The notes beneath the pieces are model-generated. The model ran no database searches. It saw nothing but the letters and a program-made list of their open reading frames with translations, and had not been told where the DNA came from. This document shows positions 41,621-51,440 of a DNA stretch of 64,000 nt, piece after piece. The position numbers were made by a program, and so were the translations under genes. Origin of the DNA: Candidatus Krumholzibacteriota bacterium (GTDB taxonomy: Bacteria; Krumholzibacteriota; Krumholzibacteriia; JAJRXK01); assembly GCA_963764625.1 (NCBI GenBank), contig CAVXTH010000009.1, positions 448,001 through 512,000 on the forward strand, in the 5' to 3' direction. The stretch's first letter is position 1. Every line of letters starts with the position of its first letter.

Positions 41621-43139
41621 TGCTTGCCGTCAGACTGATTGAGACAGATCCAAGCTAAAAATAGAGGACACTTCTGAGGTATCCTTAAGAACCCCAAAGG
41701 GAGTGTACCATGTCCGAATCTACGAGTCCCGAGTCGAAAGTCCGTGAGATCCGCCGCAAGACACGCAGACGTTACAGCGCGGAGGAGAAGATTCGTATCG
41801 TCCTGGACGGATTGAAGGGTGAGGACAGTATTGCCGAGCTCTGTCGTCGGGAGGGGATTAGCCCGAATCTCTACTACACCTGGTCCAAGGAGTTTCTGGA
41901 GGCCGGCAAGCGCCGTCTGATGGGCGACACCAAGCGCGAGGCGAGCAGCAGCGAGGTAGAGGATCTTCGTCAGGAGAACAGCGAGCTGAAGCATACGGTC
42001 GCCGATCTGACGCTGCGTGTCCGTGGGCTCAAAAAAAATATCAGTGGCTTAGACGGCGGACGGGGCCGCTGACGATGCGATTCAGTCAGCCGGAAAGGAT
42101 GGAGATCATCCGCCTGGTCGAGGAGTCGGAGCTGGGAGTGAAGCAAACGCTGCAGGAGCTGGATGTTCCTCGGAGTACCTTCTACCGCTGGTATCGGCGC
42201 TACGAGGAGGCAGGCTACGAGGGCCTGGCCTTGAGGCAATCAGCGCGGCAATTCTGGAATCGGATTCCCGATCCTGAGAGGCAGCAGGTTGTGGAAACAG
42301 CGCTGGAGAAGCCCGAGATGAGCCCCCGGGAGCTGGCCTGGCACATCACGGATACCCAGGGGCTGTACATCTCCGAGTCCAGCGTCTACCGCATCCTGAA
42401 GGACTTCGATCTGGTGACCAGTCCGCACTACATCGTGATGCACGCCGCGGATGAGTTTGCGCGGCCGACGCGGGCGATCCACGAGCTGTGGCAGACGGAT
42501 TTCACCTACTTCCGGATCGTCCACTGGGGCTGGTACTACCTGCTGACGATCCTGGACGATTACAGCCGCTACATCATCGCCTGGAAGCTCTATACGGGGA
42601 TGGGGACTGCGGATGTCACCGATCTCCTCGATGAGGCGATCGAGAAGACAGGCGCGGATCACGTGGCGGTGAAACATCGACCCAGGCTGCTTTCGGACAA
42701 TGGACCTTGCTTCGTCTCTCAGGAGCTGAAGGAGTATCTGCAGGCCCATGAGATGAGGCACACCCGTGGCAAGCCCTACCATCCGATGACGCAGGGGAAG
42801 ATCGAGCGTTACCACCGGACGATGAAGAACGTGGTGAAGCTGAAGAACTACTACGCACCGGGGGAGCTGAGCGAAGAGCTCGAGCGCTTCGTCCACTACT
42901 ACAATCACCAGCGCGTCCACGAGTCGCTGAGCAACCTGACCCCGGCTGATGTGTATCTAGGTCGGGGGCGGGAGATCCAGACGGCCCGACAGCGGCTGAA
43001 GACACAGACGCTACGCCGTCGCAAGCGTTACAACAAAGGCCTCAATCCACGGAAGGAGGAGCTGATTCTACCGTCGATCTATCGCGAAAGTGTCCTTTAG
43101 CAATCGGCGCAATTTGTCTCATTCAGTTGACGACGTACA
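41621..43139 (+). mobile_element. IS3-family insertion sequence, apparently intact
   Basis: TG...CA ends with imperfect IRs (TGCTTGCCGTCAGACTGATTGAGACAGAT / ATTTGTCTCATTCAGTTGACGACGTACA); orfA and orfB. Confidence 0.88.
41710..43100 (+). CDS. IS3 transposase OrfAB, probable programmed -1 frameshift
   Basis: orfA 41710-42072 HTH; A8 run at 42031-42038 with the -1 frame open into orfB 42075-43100 (WQTD, SDNG, KIER DDE). Confidence 0.85.
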
Positions 43140-43398
43140 GGGCTTTATGGGGCAGATAGCCGCTTGATCTGCCGGAGGAGGCGTTACGACGCAGCTCCCG
43201 TGAGATCGTCGAGGGAGACCGACCGAGTTGAGCCGCGATCGCTCTCATCGGCAGGTCCTGGCCCTTGAGGATCGCCAGACGATCCCGCTCCTCTTCGGAC
43301 AAGTGCTTGTAGTGTTTAGACATAATCCGCGCATTCTAGCGCGGAAGTCGCTAAGCCAGAAGTGTTGCACTTGCTTATTGAACTCGGGGTAGGGACAG
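43140..43398 (-). mobile_element. Second IS30 left end, inverted, truncated by IS3
   Basis: Reverse complement of about 39195-39453. Confidence 0.88.
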
Positions 43399-43772
43399 AC
43401 GCTGGTCACCCGACGACCAGAGCTGCCAAGGCAAATTTCAAACTTTACATGACTCAAGACTGGACGTATTATCCCCAAGAACCGGACAGCGCTCCCTTCC
43501 ATCGTCCGGTATTGGCTCTCACTCATGATGAAATCGTGGTCTAGGGACCAGGGCCACCCCACTCAAGAGTCTCTCGGAGTATGAGAGTTCTCTCTGAGCA
43601 GGCGTACGCTGAGTGCTGCTCTAAAGGAGGCAGAGACTTCGCTTGGCCCTCGTTGCCAAAATTAGGGTAGTGATAAATCGATGAGCTACCGCTTCGCCGC
43701 GACTTAGGGGAAATCTCACTTGCCTATGACACTGGTACTACTTGGACCAGGGAACACTGAAGGGAGAATCGC

Positions 43773-44375
43773 GTGAAGTACTTACCTTTTGTAATGCTGA
43801 TTGTCCTATCAATCGCATGTGCAAGTGCAACAGTCGCTACAGCACAATGTGAATGGTGCACTAGCATTGATGAGGAAGCTTGGTGTATCAACAACCCGAC
43901 CGGCTATGTTCTCTGCCAAACTCAAGGCGGCGGCTGTGTTTTCTCGGGCGGTACCTGTCCTTCTGGGGGTGGAAGTGGTTGCTTCCTGGAGGGGACCATG
44001 ATTTTGACTCCAAGCGGCGAAAGGCCCATCGAGTCGATCAAGACCGGTGAGTTCGTCGTCGGGAGATGTGGTGACGGCGGCACATGCGCCGAGAAGGTCA
44101 AGGCCACGATGAAGTTTCTTGCCAATGGATACTTAAGAATTAACGATGTTATTGAAGTGACTCCGACACATCCCTTCTGGGTCGGCGGCAAATGGATTCA
44201 GGCGGGCGAGCTGAAGCCTGGTGATGAACTGGAGAGTGATCAAGGGGAGAGAATGAAGGTCGCATCAATCGAATGGATCAACAAGGGTGTGCGTGTGTTG
44301 AATTTGGACGTGGGGATGAGTTCAACGTTTTATGCGAACGACATTCTTGTGCACAACAAGGAAATCATAAAGTAG
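43773..44375 (+). CDS. Secreted Cys-rich peptide fused to a Hint (bacterial intein-like) domain
   Basis: Signal peptide; 45-aa segment with 6 Cys; CFLEGT, TPTH and LVHN Hint blocks; KEIIK tail. Confidence 0.85.
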   Translation: MKYLPFVMLIVLSIACASATVATAQCEWCTSIDEEAWCINNPTGYVLCQTQGGGCVFSGGTCPSGGGSGCFLEGTMILTPSGERPIESIKTGEFVVGRCGDGGTCAEKVKATMKFLANGYLRINDVIEVTPTHPFWVGGKWIQAGELKPGDELESDQGERMKVASIEWINKGVRVLNLDVGMSSTFYANDILVHNKEIIK

Positions 44376-44485
44376 GTTCAGAAGCGGTATCTGTTGCATC
44401 CCAGTGCCACGTAGCTGGGGTGCAACACATAACTTTGATTTGCGAGCGCCATCGGACTCTTAGAGGGCGACCTTAGGGGGCACAA

Positions 44486-45547
44486 ATGAAAGCCACATTG
44501 CTTGCTGTCACATTGCTCTTCATCCAACTTCTCCTGCTCAACTCGCTGAAAGCAGGCGAGATATCTTGGGTGGAGCCGCGTGAGGCCCTACTCAAGCCGG
44601 ATTTGGTTGTTGGGGACAGTGAGAAGGAAGATGGCGTTCTGATAGGACGTGTCAACAATGTCGTGGTCGATTCACAGGGCAATTTCTACGTAGGCGATTA
44701 TGGCTTCATGTGGATTGCGTGCTTCTCAGATTCTGGAAAGTTTCTGAGAAAATTCGGATCAAAGGGCGAGGGCCCCGGTGAACTAATGAGACCATTTGTA
44801 ATGGCAATCGATAGCCGCAATCGCCTGGTGTTCGCAGGAAATGGAGGACGTGTCACGCTGCTCGACACGGAAGGAACGTTTCTCGATGAATTCACTCGAG
44901 AGGGACGAGGCTCCTTCACCTATTCTCTGCAGTTTGATTCGTTAGGAGATCTTTACGTAGTTGCGCCAGATATTTTGAACCAGCAGATGATTCATGTCTA
45001 CACGCCCCAGTGGAAGTACTTGAGATCATTCGGGGATACATATGCTGTCGGAACCAAGGAAGATACAAGGACGGAAGGTCTCTACGCATCGGGCTTTCTT
45101 TCAATAGGAACCGATGATGCGTTGTATTACGTTCAAACGTCACCCTACTTACTCCGTAAGTACAAGAGCGATGGAACTCTTGTGGCCTCGACGAATCAAG
45201 GCGTGGGAGAGTTTGTACCCAAGCCACCCGAGGTGGACTATACGGGAGCAACTATCGACGTAAAATACATTGGGGGTAGCACTGGAATCGTAGTGAGTCC
45301 TAATGAAGTGGTGATCACCACGGCCTACAGAAAGACTGAGGAAGGGGAAACAGAAAGTCTTATCCTCTTTCACGATTCGCAACTTCGACTGCTTGCCAGG
45401 CTACCGAAGAGAGGATATTGCCGCGTGGTTGGGTGCGATCATGAGGGGCGCATCTTTTTGGTGTCAAGAGCTGGGGATGTCCCCCTACTGACACGATACA
45501 GGCTGTCCTTCGAGAAGAGAGTTTCAGCAGCGTCCCGACAAGAGTAG
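44486..45547 (+). CDS. Secreted 6-bladed beta-propeller (NHL/TolB-like)
   Basis: Signal peptide; VDSQGNFYVGD, GKFLRKFGSKGEGPGE. Confidence 0.82.
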   Translation: MKATLLAVTLLFIQLLLLNSLKAGEISWVEPREALLKPDLVVGDSEKEDGVLIGRVNNVVVDSQGNFYVGDYGFMWIACFSDSGKFLRKFGSKGEGPGELMRPFVMAIDSRNRLVFAGNGGRVTLLDTEGTFLDEFTREGRGSFTYSLQFDSLGDLYVVAPDILNQQMIHVYTPQWKYLRSFGDTYAVGTKEDTRTEGLYASGFLSIGTDDALYYVQTSPYLLRKYKSDGTLVASTNQGVGEFVPKPPEVDYTGATIDVKYIGGSTGIVVSPNEVVITTAYRKTEEGETESLILFHDSQLRLLARLPKRGYCRVVGCDHEGRIFLVSRAGDVPLLTRYRLSFEKRVSAASRQE

Positions 45548-45933
45548 GCGGGGTATGCATGGAGAAGTGGCGGCGCAAACGAGCGGACCGCTAGCCCCTG
45601 ACATGCGCCCGGTGGTGAAGCGCCAGACTTACCAGAATGAAGGCTTGGTGAGTATGAGGTCCAGGGAGGATTGATTGGAAGGTTGTCGTGAGCATGGCCT
45701 GTCCAACAGAGACTGTCTGTAATCGCCGGTCCAATACTGCGGCGGGCGCCGGTCGAAAACCGCGGCATCGTGACCTTGAGATATGCACTCGGAGCGCGCC
45801 AAATTTGTCGGGTCTACAGGTTTCGCGTAACTGGTGCTGTGGCACCGACATCACTTTTTGCGTGGTTAATATTCCGTTACAGTGTAACCGGTCGCTCTAG
45901 GGAGTCTTGCGTTCTCGGTTTTGTCGCGGATTC

Positions 45934-47502
45934 CTATCTCTCATCTGCGATGGAGCGCATGGGATCGTCAGCGAAGTTCTCTTTCCACAGCCTCGGGGTC
46001 AGCTGATGGACCTTGTTGGCGGGGTGCGTTGCGATCCGCTGCAGCACATCGACCAGGTAGACGTAGGGATCGATCTCGTGCATGCGACAGGTTCGTAGTA
46101 AACTCTGGACCACGGCCACCTGCTGCGCTCCCATCTCCGTCCAACAAAAGAGCCAGTTTTTTCTTCCCAACGCAATCGGCCTGATCTCACGCTCGAGATG
46201 ATTCGTGTCCAAAGGCACGTCGGGATTCTCGAGAAATACCCTCAAGGCCTTCTCTCGATCCAGCGTGTAATGTGCCGCTTTGGTAAATAGGCTGCTGGGT
46301 AAGAGCAAGTGATCGTGAAAGGCCTCGGCAAGCCACGCAAAGAAGCGATCGACAGTCGGTTTACAATGTACCGCCCGGTAAAGCAGCGCCTTCTCTTCGG
46401 ACCGATGCTTCTCCTTTAGAATCGATTCGTGCTTGTACAGCTCGGCAATCCAATCCAGAGCCTTCTTTGCCAAAGCCGGCTCGCTCGCTTCGGCCTGCAC
46501 AAACTTGCGGCGAGTGTGACTCCAACACTGCGCGCGGGTGACACCCTCGCTTGCTTTTGCAAAGCGCTCGTAGGCCTCATAGCCATCGCTCAGGAGCACA
46601 CCCTGGTAGGCTCCCAGTGCCTCGTGAATCACCCGCGTCGCCCGCGTTGCAGCAAAGACGAAGGCGATCTCCTTCTTCTCACCGAAGATCGGCCAAAAGT
46701 AGCCGGTCTTCATCTTCCCCTTGCCCTTACGCCCCGCCTTGATCGGCGTTTCGTCCATGGCCAGCACCTGACTGTCGAGGATCGAGGAGAGCTGGGCCTG
46801 GTAGAGGGGCACCAGGAGCTCGCTGGTGCGCTGCGCCCAATTGGTCAGCGTGGAGCGACTGAGGTGGACCCCGGCCTGCTCCATGCGCTGGTGCTGGCGA
46901 TAAAGGGGTAAGTGATACACAAACTTATCGATGAGTGTACACGCTAAGACGCTCACGTCGGCCACACAGCGTTCGAGCACGGTAGGAGGGAAGTCGGGCG
47001 CAAGGAAGGCCCCATTGTCCTTGCGTTTGATCACGGGTCTGCGGTAGCGCACGATCTCGTAGGTAGCGGGCTTCTGGAGAAGACGGCTCGTGGTCTTGTG
47101 GCCGACAATATCATAGCTACCAGGATCGAGGGCCTCAGCCTCGGGGCACGCGAGAGTTTCCTCCCGCACCGGCAGTGAAGGGTCAAATCGAAGTTTGGTG
47201 CTGTCACTGGGCCCAGAAAACCGTTTGCGCCGGGCATGGCCTTCGACTTTGGTCTCCTCCACGGGTGTGGCCTCTATGGCCTGAAGGCTTTCTCCCAGGG
47301 ACAGCTGGCGGGATTCATCGAGGGTCAGGCGGCGCTCGGACTTCTCCCCGAAGAGCTGGCGTTTGAACCAATCGAGTTGGTGCTGCAGCTCGTCGATGCG
47401 CTCAGTAAGTTGTTCGTTGGTTTTCTCGATCGCAGTCTTGGCCTCGAGCAGCGCGGCAATCTCTTCGCGGTTCATCGTGTCTGCGCGCTCTAAAGAAGTC
47501 AT
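45934..47502 (-). CDS. tnpC: IS66 transposase TnpC
   Basis: FGEKSER, HLPLYRQ, MDET, CWSHTRRKF, TNHLEREIR, GRKNWLF. Confidence 0.92.
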   Translation of the reverse strand: MTSLERADTMNREEIAALLEAKTAIEKTNEQLTERIDELQHQLDWFKRQLFGEKSERRLTLDESRQLSLGESLQAIEATPVEETKVEGHARRKRFSGPSDSTKLRFDPSLPVREETLACPEAEALDPGSYDIVGHKTTSRLLQKPATYEIVRYRRPVIKRKDNGAFLAPDFPPTVLERCVADVSVLACTLIDKFVYHLPLYRQHQRMEQAGVHLSRSTLTNWAQRTSELLVPLYQAQLSSILDSQVLAMDETPIKAGRKGKGKMKTGYFWPIFGEKKEIAFVFAATRATRVIHEALGAYQGVLLSDGYEAYERFAKASEGVTRAQCWSHTRRKFVQAEASEPALAKKALDWIAELYKHESILKEKHRSEEKALLYRAVHCKPTVDRFFAWLAEAFHDHLLLPSSLFTKAAHYTLDREKALRVFLENPDVPLDTNHLEREIRPIALGRKNWLFCWTEMGAQQVAVVQSLLRTCRMHEIDPYVYLVDVLQRIATHPANKVHQLTPRLWKENFADDPMRSIADER

Positions 47503-47511
47503 GCATTCTTT

Positions 47512-47865
47512 CTAGCGCATTTGTGATCTTCTTCCAAGTGGAATCCCATCCAAGAGCAAACGGAACGCCTTCTCGCTCAGCTCCTGTTTCGCCGAGGAAT
47601 CCGGCAGGACAAAGCGGCCGCGTTCGAGGCGTTTCGCAAAGAGACAAAAGCCAGTGCGATCCCAGTACACCAGCTTCAGATAATTGCGGCGGCGGTTGAA
47701 GAAGACGAAGAGCGTCCCCGTGAGCGGGTCTTCTGCGAGCACACTTGTAACCACTCCCAAAAGCCCATCGAACTGTTTGCGCATGTCGACCGGCTCGCGG
47801 TAGGCGAGGATACGAGGGACAGTGGACGAAAACAGCACGCCTAGCTCCGCAGCCGGAGAACGCAT
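47512..47865 (-). CDS. tnpB: IS66 accessory protein TnpB
   Basis: PVDMRKQFDGL, WDRTGF..KRLERGRF. Confidence 0.9.
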   Translation of the reverse strand: MRSPAAELGVLFSSTVPRILAYREPVDMRKQFDGLLGVVTSVLAEDPLTGTLFVFFNRRRNYLKLVYWDRTGFCLFAKRLERGRFVLPDSSAKQELSEKAFRLLLDGIPLGRRSQMR

Positions 47866-48152
47866 CCGCCGGGCAGCTCGAGCTCGACGGTCCAGGGGGC
47901 AAGCTCTTCCCTTTGCGGAGTGATCTCCACGAAGGACTCCTGCGCAGTCTGCGAATTCGTCTCGGCCAAAGTAACCTCAGAACGGCGTTGCGAACTCCTC
48001 AACTTCCGATGCCAGCGCGCGAAGCTGGCCGCATGGATGTGCTCTCGTTCGCAGAACTTCTCACGGCTCAATCTGCTCTTATCGAAGCTATCGAAGATCT
48101 CCGACCACTCCGCGGCGCTGCGGTGAACCTTACCATCGGCGGTGACTCGCAT
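47841..48152 (-). CDS. tnpA: IS66 accessory protein TnpA
   Basis: W..S.LS..FC.RE HTH and FVE...VELELPGG. Confidence 0.8.
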   Translation of the reverse strand: MRVTADGKVHRSAAEWSEIFDSFDKSRLSREKFCEREHIHAASFARWHRKLRSSQRRSEVTLAETNSQTAQESFVEITPQREELAPWTVELELPGGCVLRLRS

Positions 48153-48254
48153 GAAATCCTCCTCGTTGGAACTCCAGGACCAATCACCGATCCTGGCTAC
48201 GAAAAGGATGTAGCAAATCATGAGCAGTATGGGAATACTCCCCAGAGTGACCGG

Positions 48255-49333
48255 TTACTTTGCGGCTGCCCACCTGCGTAGCACTCTTCGCTCCATATTC
48301 GCGTACTTCTCAGCTGAACGTACATAGGCAAAAGTTGACATATCCTCATCCTCTGTTGATGTCGTGAATGAATCAACTAGCACATCTTTGGCTGTAGGCC
48401 AAAATGCACTCCAGTGTCCATCAAAGTTTGGAGTACTCGTGACCACATGGAGGATGGAGCTCGGTTCAATTTCCTTGCGTGCATATACGCCAGCCAGCGC
48501 GAGCGCATGGAATCGAAGTCGTCGCAAGAAGCGAAGCTCTGGAGTCTCCTTCGCAGTTCTCTTGCAGTCATCACTGATCCGAAGGTAAAAAGCAAGGGCG
48601 AGGAGGAGTTCACCAAAAGTGTCTTCCGACCAGAGGTTTTCTATTTTTCCATCAACACCAAAAGCACGCTCATATGCTCCACCAGATTCTGCATGTGTCC
48701 AGAGTGATTTGGGAGCGGAATGAATGAGTGTCGGTTCCTCCAAGAACGCATAACGAATCTTGGCCATCTCTTCCAATTTGATGCCTGTGCCAGTGCCGCG
48801 TCTCCCAACAGCACGCTTGCGCACATACTTAATTTTCGGCAGAGGACCGCGGGCCTTGCGATCCTTAAATTGTTTCTCTAGGAACAACTGAATCGGGTCA
48901 TTTGACCTGAAATCCGATACCTTGATTTGATTCTGAGAGTTGTTGAACTGTATGATCTGACGATTGAATCCCTTTTCCGTCTTGTAGTCTTCGCTTTGTG
49001 TCAGTCGAAACAGTACTTCCACTTCTTTCAGTGGAGGCTGGTTCGCCAAGCTGGAGACAGTCTGCGCCCCATTGATTATTTGCATGTTCTCCGCGGTCAG
49101 CCTGTTACCGTCGACATCAAATGATGTGCATATTGCGGACACTCCGTTATTGAAGTAGAAGAACTTCTCTGGATCTTCAGATGCGGTCTGGCCTATTGCT
49201 TTGTTTATCCCCCGATTCCCCAGATATCCCCTTATGTTGAATGCGTAGAGGGAGTGTCGATACTGATTAGCCAAGTTGCGTAGAGAGTTGCCTTTAATAC
49301 AAGCAATGAGAGTTCGATAGGGCTCCTCCTTCT
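48255..49333 (-). pseudogene. AIPR-family (abortive infection phage resistance) fragment
   Basis: NIRGYLG, FFYFNNGV, QIINGAQT, NSQN; frame open up to the ori junction; stop codon supplied by the IS66 IR; low GC. Confidence 0.82.
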
Positions 49334-51123
49334 ACGGATAGTGGATTGTATACGGCGCTTTAGCTGAAAAGCGAGCACCGAACTTCAGAACGGGTGCTCT
49401 TTGCGCTGTGTTCTCGGTGCGATGATCACGATGAGGATTGATTGTCGATCCCCGACTCACCCTACCGCAACTCTGTTCGCCCGACATGCGCCCACCTGAG
49501 CGGCTTCCACCTATCCTTGGGCACACCGTACTCCCGACGCTCGTGCCCTTGCGCGTTCGTCGGGAGGCTGAGGGTACTGGTAGGGGTTCATGCTCTTGGC
49601 GGAGCTCGTTGCGCCGTCCCCTCGTGCGGGTCGTTGCCGCCGATCCGTACCAGGTGTCTGAGAATCCGGTCCACCACCGCTGCTTCGTCGATCACCGACA
49701 CGATCTTCATGGTTCCCCCGCACTGCGGGCAGAGCATGGGGTCCAGCTCGAAGATCCTGCGCAGCAGGCGTGCCCAGCTGCGGCTGCGCGCAGTGGACGG
49801 TGCCCTGGCGATCGTCGCGTCCTGGGGGTTGGCTCTTGCCCCTCGGGCCCGGTGCGAGTACCAGCCGTAGTATCTGACCAAATGCTGCCGTGGCGCGGGG
49901 ATCTGGGCGCACAGACGGCGGATCATCTCCAGAACATCGAGTTCGAGATCACGTTGGCCGGTGCTGGGATGGATCGGTGTCCGAACCCGAACCTGCTTGG
50001 CGTCGAGCGGGGTGATCGCGTCGAGCCGGATCGGCGCGCGGGTGATGTATCGCGCGAGATGCTCCTGGCGCTCGGTGTGATCGGGCAGCACCGGCTCGCC
50101 GGCATGGACCCCGAAGCCCGAGTGCTGCCATGACAGGAGCATGGCCTCGGTCTCCTCGCGCAGGCGCTTCGCGCGCCGGAGCTCTTTAAGCACCAGCCGT
50201 CGGAACAGCTCAGTCAGCGTCTTCTGATCCCACCACTCGACGCGCTCAAACCATGGATCGCCGCGGCGCGGTAGGTGGAACGCTCCCTCGGTGATCAGCG
50301 CGTGGACGTGCGGATGGAAGTTCGCGGCGTAGCTGCCGAAGGTCTGGATCGACGCGATTGTGCCCACCTGCGCCCGGGGGTCATCGACCGCCTCGCACAG
50401 CAGGCGCTGGGTCGCCTGGTGCGCGCAGCGCGGAAGGATCGACAACAGTCGGCGCTCCCGCTCGAACAATCCACGGATCACCTTGGGTACCGTGAACACC
50501 ACGTGGCGGTGGGCAACCGGGCTGAGCACCTCCTCGACCAGATGTTCAGCAAAAAGAGCAGCGCGCTTGGCCTGGCAGCTCGGACAGAAGTTGCGGGTCT
50601 GGCAGCTGAACGCCAGCAGGTGCTCGCCGTGACAGTTCGGGCAGCGGATGCGCGCGAAGCCGCCTTCGAGGCGACCGCACTCGAGATACTGGTCAACCAC
50701 GCGTCGCACAACAGCGCGCAAGGGGCCGTACTGGTGCTCGAAGCGCTCGTCGTACTCGCGGAAGAAACGCTCACCGTGGCGGTCGAAGAGTTGGTAGAGC
50801 GCGGTGCGCTCAGGATGGCGGGGCCGGTAGAGCCTGACGAAAGATGCAACCGCGGTACCTGGCAAAATGCCTCCCAGAGAGGGAGGCATTCGCGTGCTTC
50901 GACGCTCCTGCATGGATAGGGGAGGCCAGAGAGCATGGCAACACAACCCTTGTCGAGGTGGCACGGGCTCTTCAGGTGCATGTGATTTCGCGTAGACTTG
51001 GGCCGGCGATCAAGTTTGATGAACTCGCGCCGTTGCTCGTCCGTCGGAAGCCTGGGCGGCATCGTATAGTCGCGCCGTCGCCCCCTTGAAAAACTTCATC
51101 GAAGCCCATTGCACACTCATCTG
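49334..51123 (-). mobile_element. Full-length IS91/ISCR-like rolling-circle element (1790 bp), copy 6
   Basis: Ori end about 250 bp downstream of the transposase stop; far boundary ...CACACTCATCTG defined by shared end with the 60117 copy. Confidence 0.92.
49588..50964 (-). CDS. IS91/ISCR-family HUH transposase
   Basis: YRPRHPE; Zn-binding CG..CPNC..SC..FCPSC; HPHVH (HUH); LARYITR; RYYG; C-terminal DP..CPQCG; start uncertain. Confidence 0.93.
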   Translation of the reverse strand: MPPRQGLCCHALWPPLSMQERRSTRMPPSLGGILPGTAVASFVRLYRPRHPERTALYQLFDRHGERFFREYDERFEHQYGPLRAVVRRVVDQYLECGRLEGGFARIRCPNCHGEHLLAFSCQTRNFCPSCQAKRAALFAEHLVEEVLSPVAHRHVVFTVPKVIRGLFERERRLLSILPRCAHQATQRLLCEAVDDPRAQVGTIASIQTFGSYAANFHPHVHALITEGAFHLPRRGDPWFERVEWWDQKTLTELFRRLVLKELRRAKRLREETEAMLLSWQHSGFGVHAGEPVLPDHTERQEHLARYITRAPIRLDAITPLDAKQVRVRTPIHPSTGQRDLELDVLEMIRRLCAQIPAPRQHLVRYYGWYSHRARGARANPQDATIARAPSTARSRSWARLLRRIFELDPMLCPQCGGTMKIVSVIDEAAVVDRILRHLVRIGGNDPHEGTAQRAPPRA

Positions 51124-51440
51124 AGGTATATGCAGGGGCGATGCACGGAATTGGTGGGACCTGGGCAAGTCGATTCCAGGGCGTGATGGACGAGTTGGAT
51201 GCGAATACTCCCCCATTGTTCATCTACGACCAACTTCGGGCAGCGTTCCCAGAAGTCAAAACCTATGCCCTTTGGAGGTTGGGCTACTTGCCCGATGAGA
51301 GTGCCACACGCCAACTGATAGAGGATGTTCTGCTCGGTGCTGGGAACTCAGTGGTTGGCAGACTTGCGCCCACATATACCTATGAGCAACTGAGTCTGAA
51401 CAGCGCGGATTACACATCGACGAGTATGTGCGCATCTGAG

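Larger units (their letters stand above)
45884..48258 (-). mobile_element. IS66-family element
   Basis: IRs GTAACCGGTCGCTCTAGGGAG / CTCCCCAGAGTGACCGGTTAC; three ORFs; flanking 8-mers differ. Confidence 0.92.

Noticed and set aside
41618-43142. GGG as the IS3 target duplication
   Set aside because: The left flank is a FlgD gene fragment and the right flank is IS30, so they are not one interrupted target; the match is likely chance.
45599-45610. GACATGCGCCC match to the element's ori region
   Set aside because: Only 11 bp with no flanking homology.
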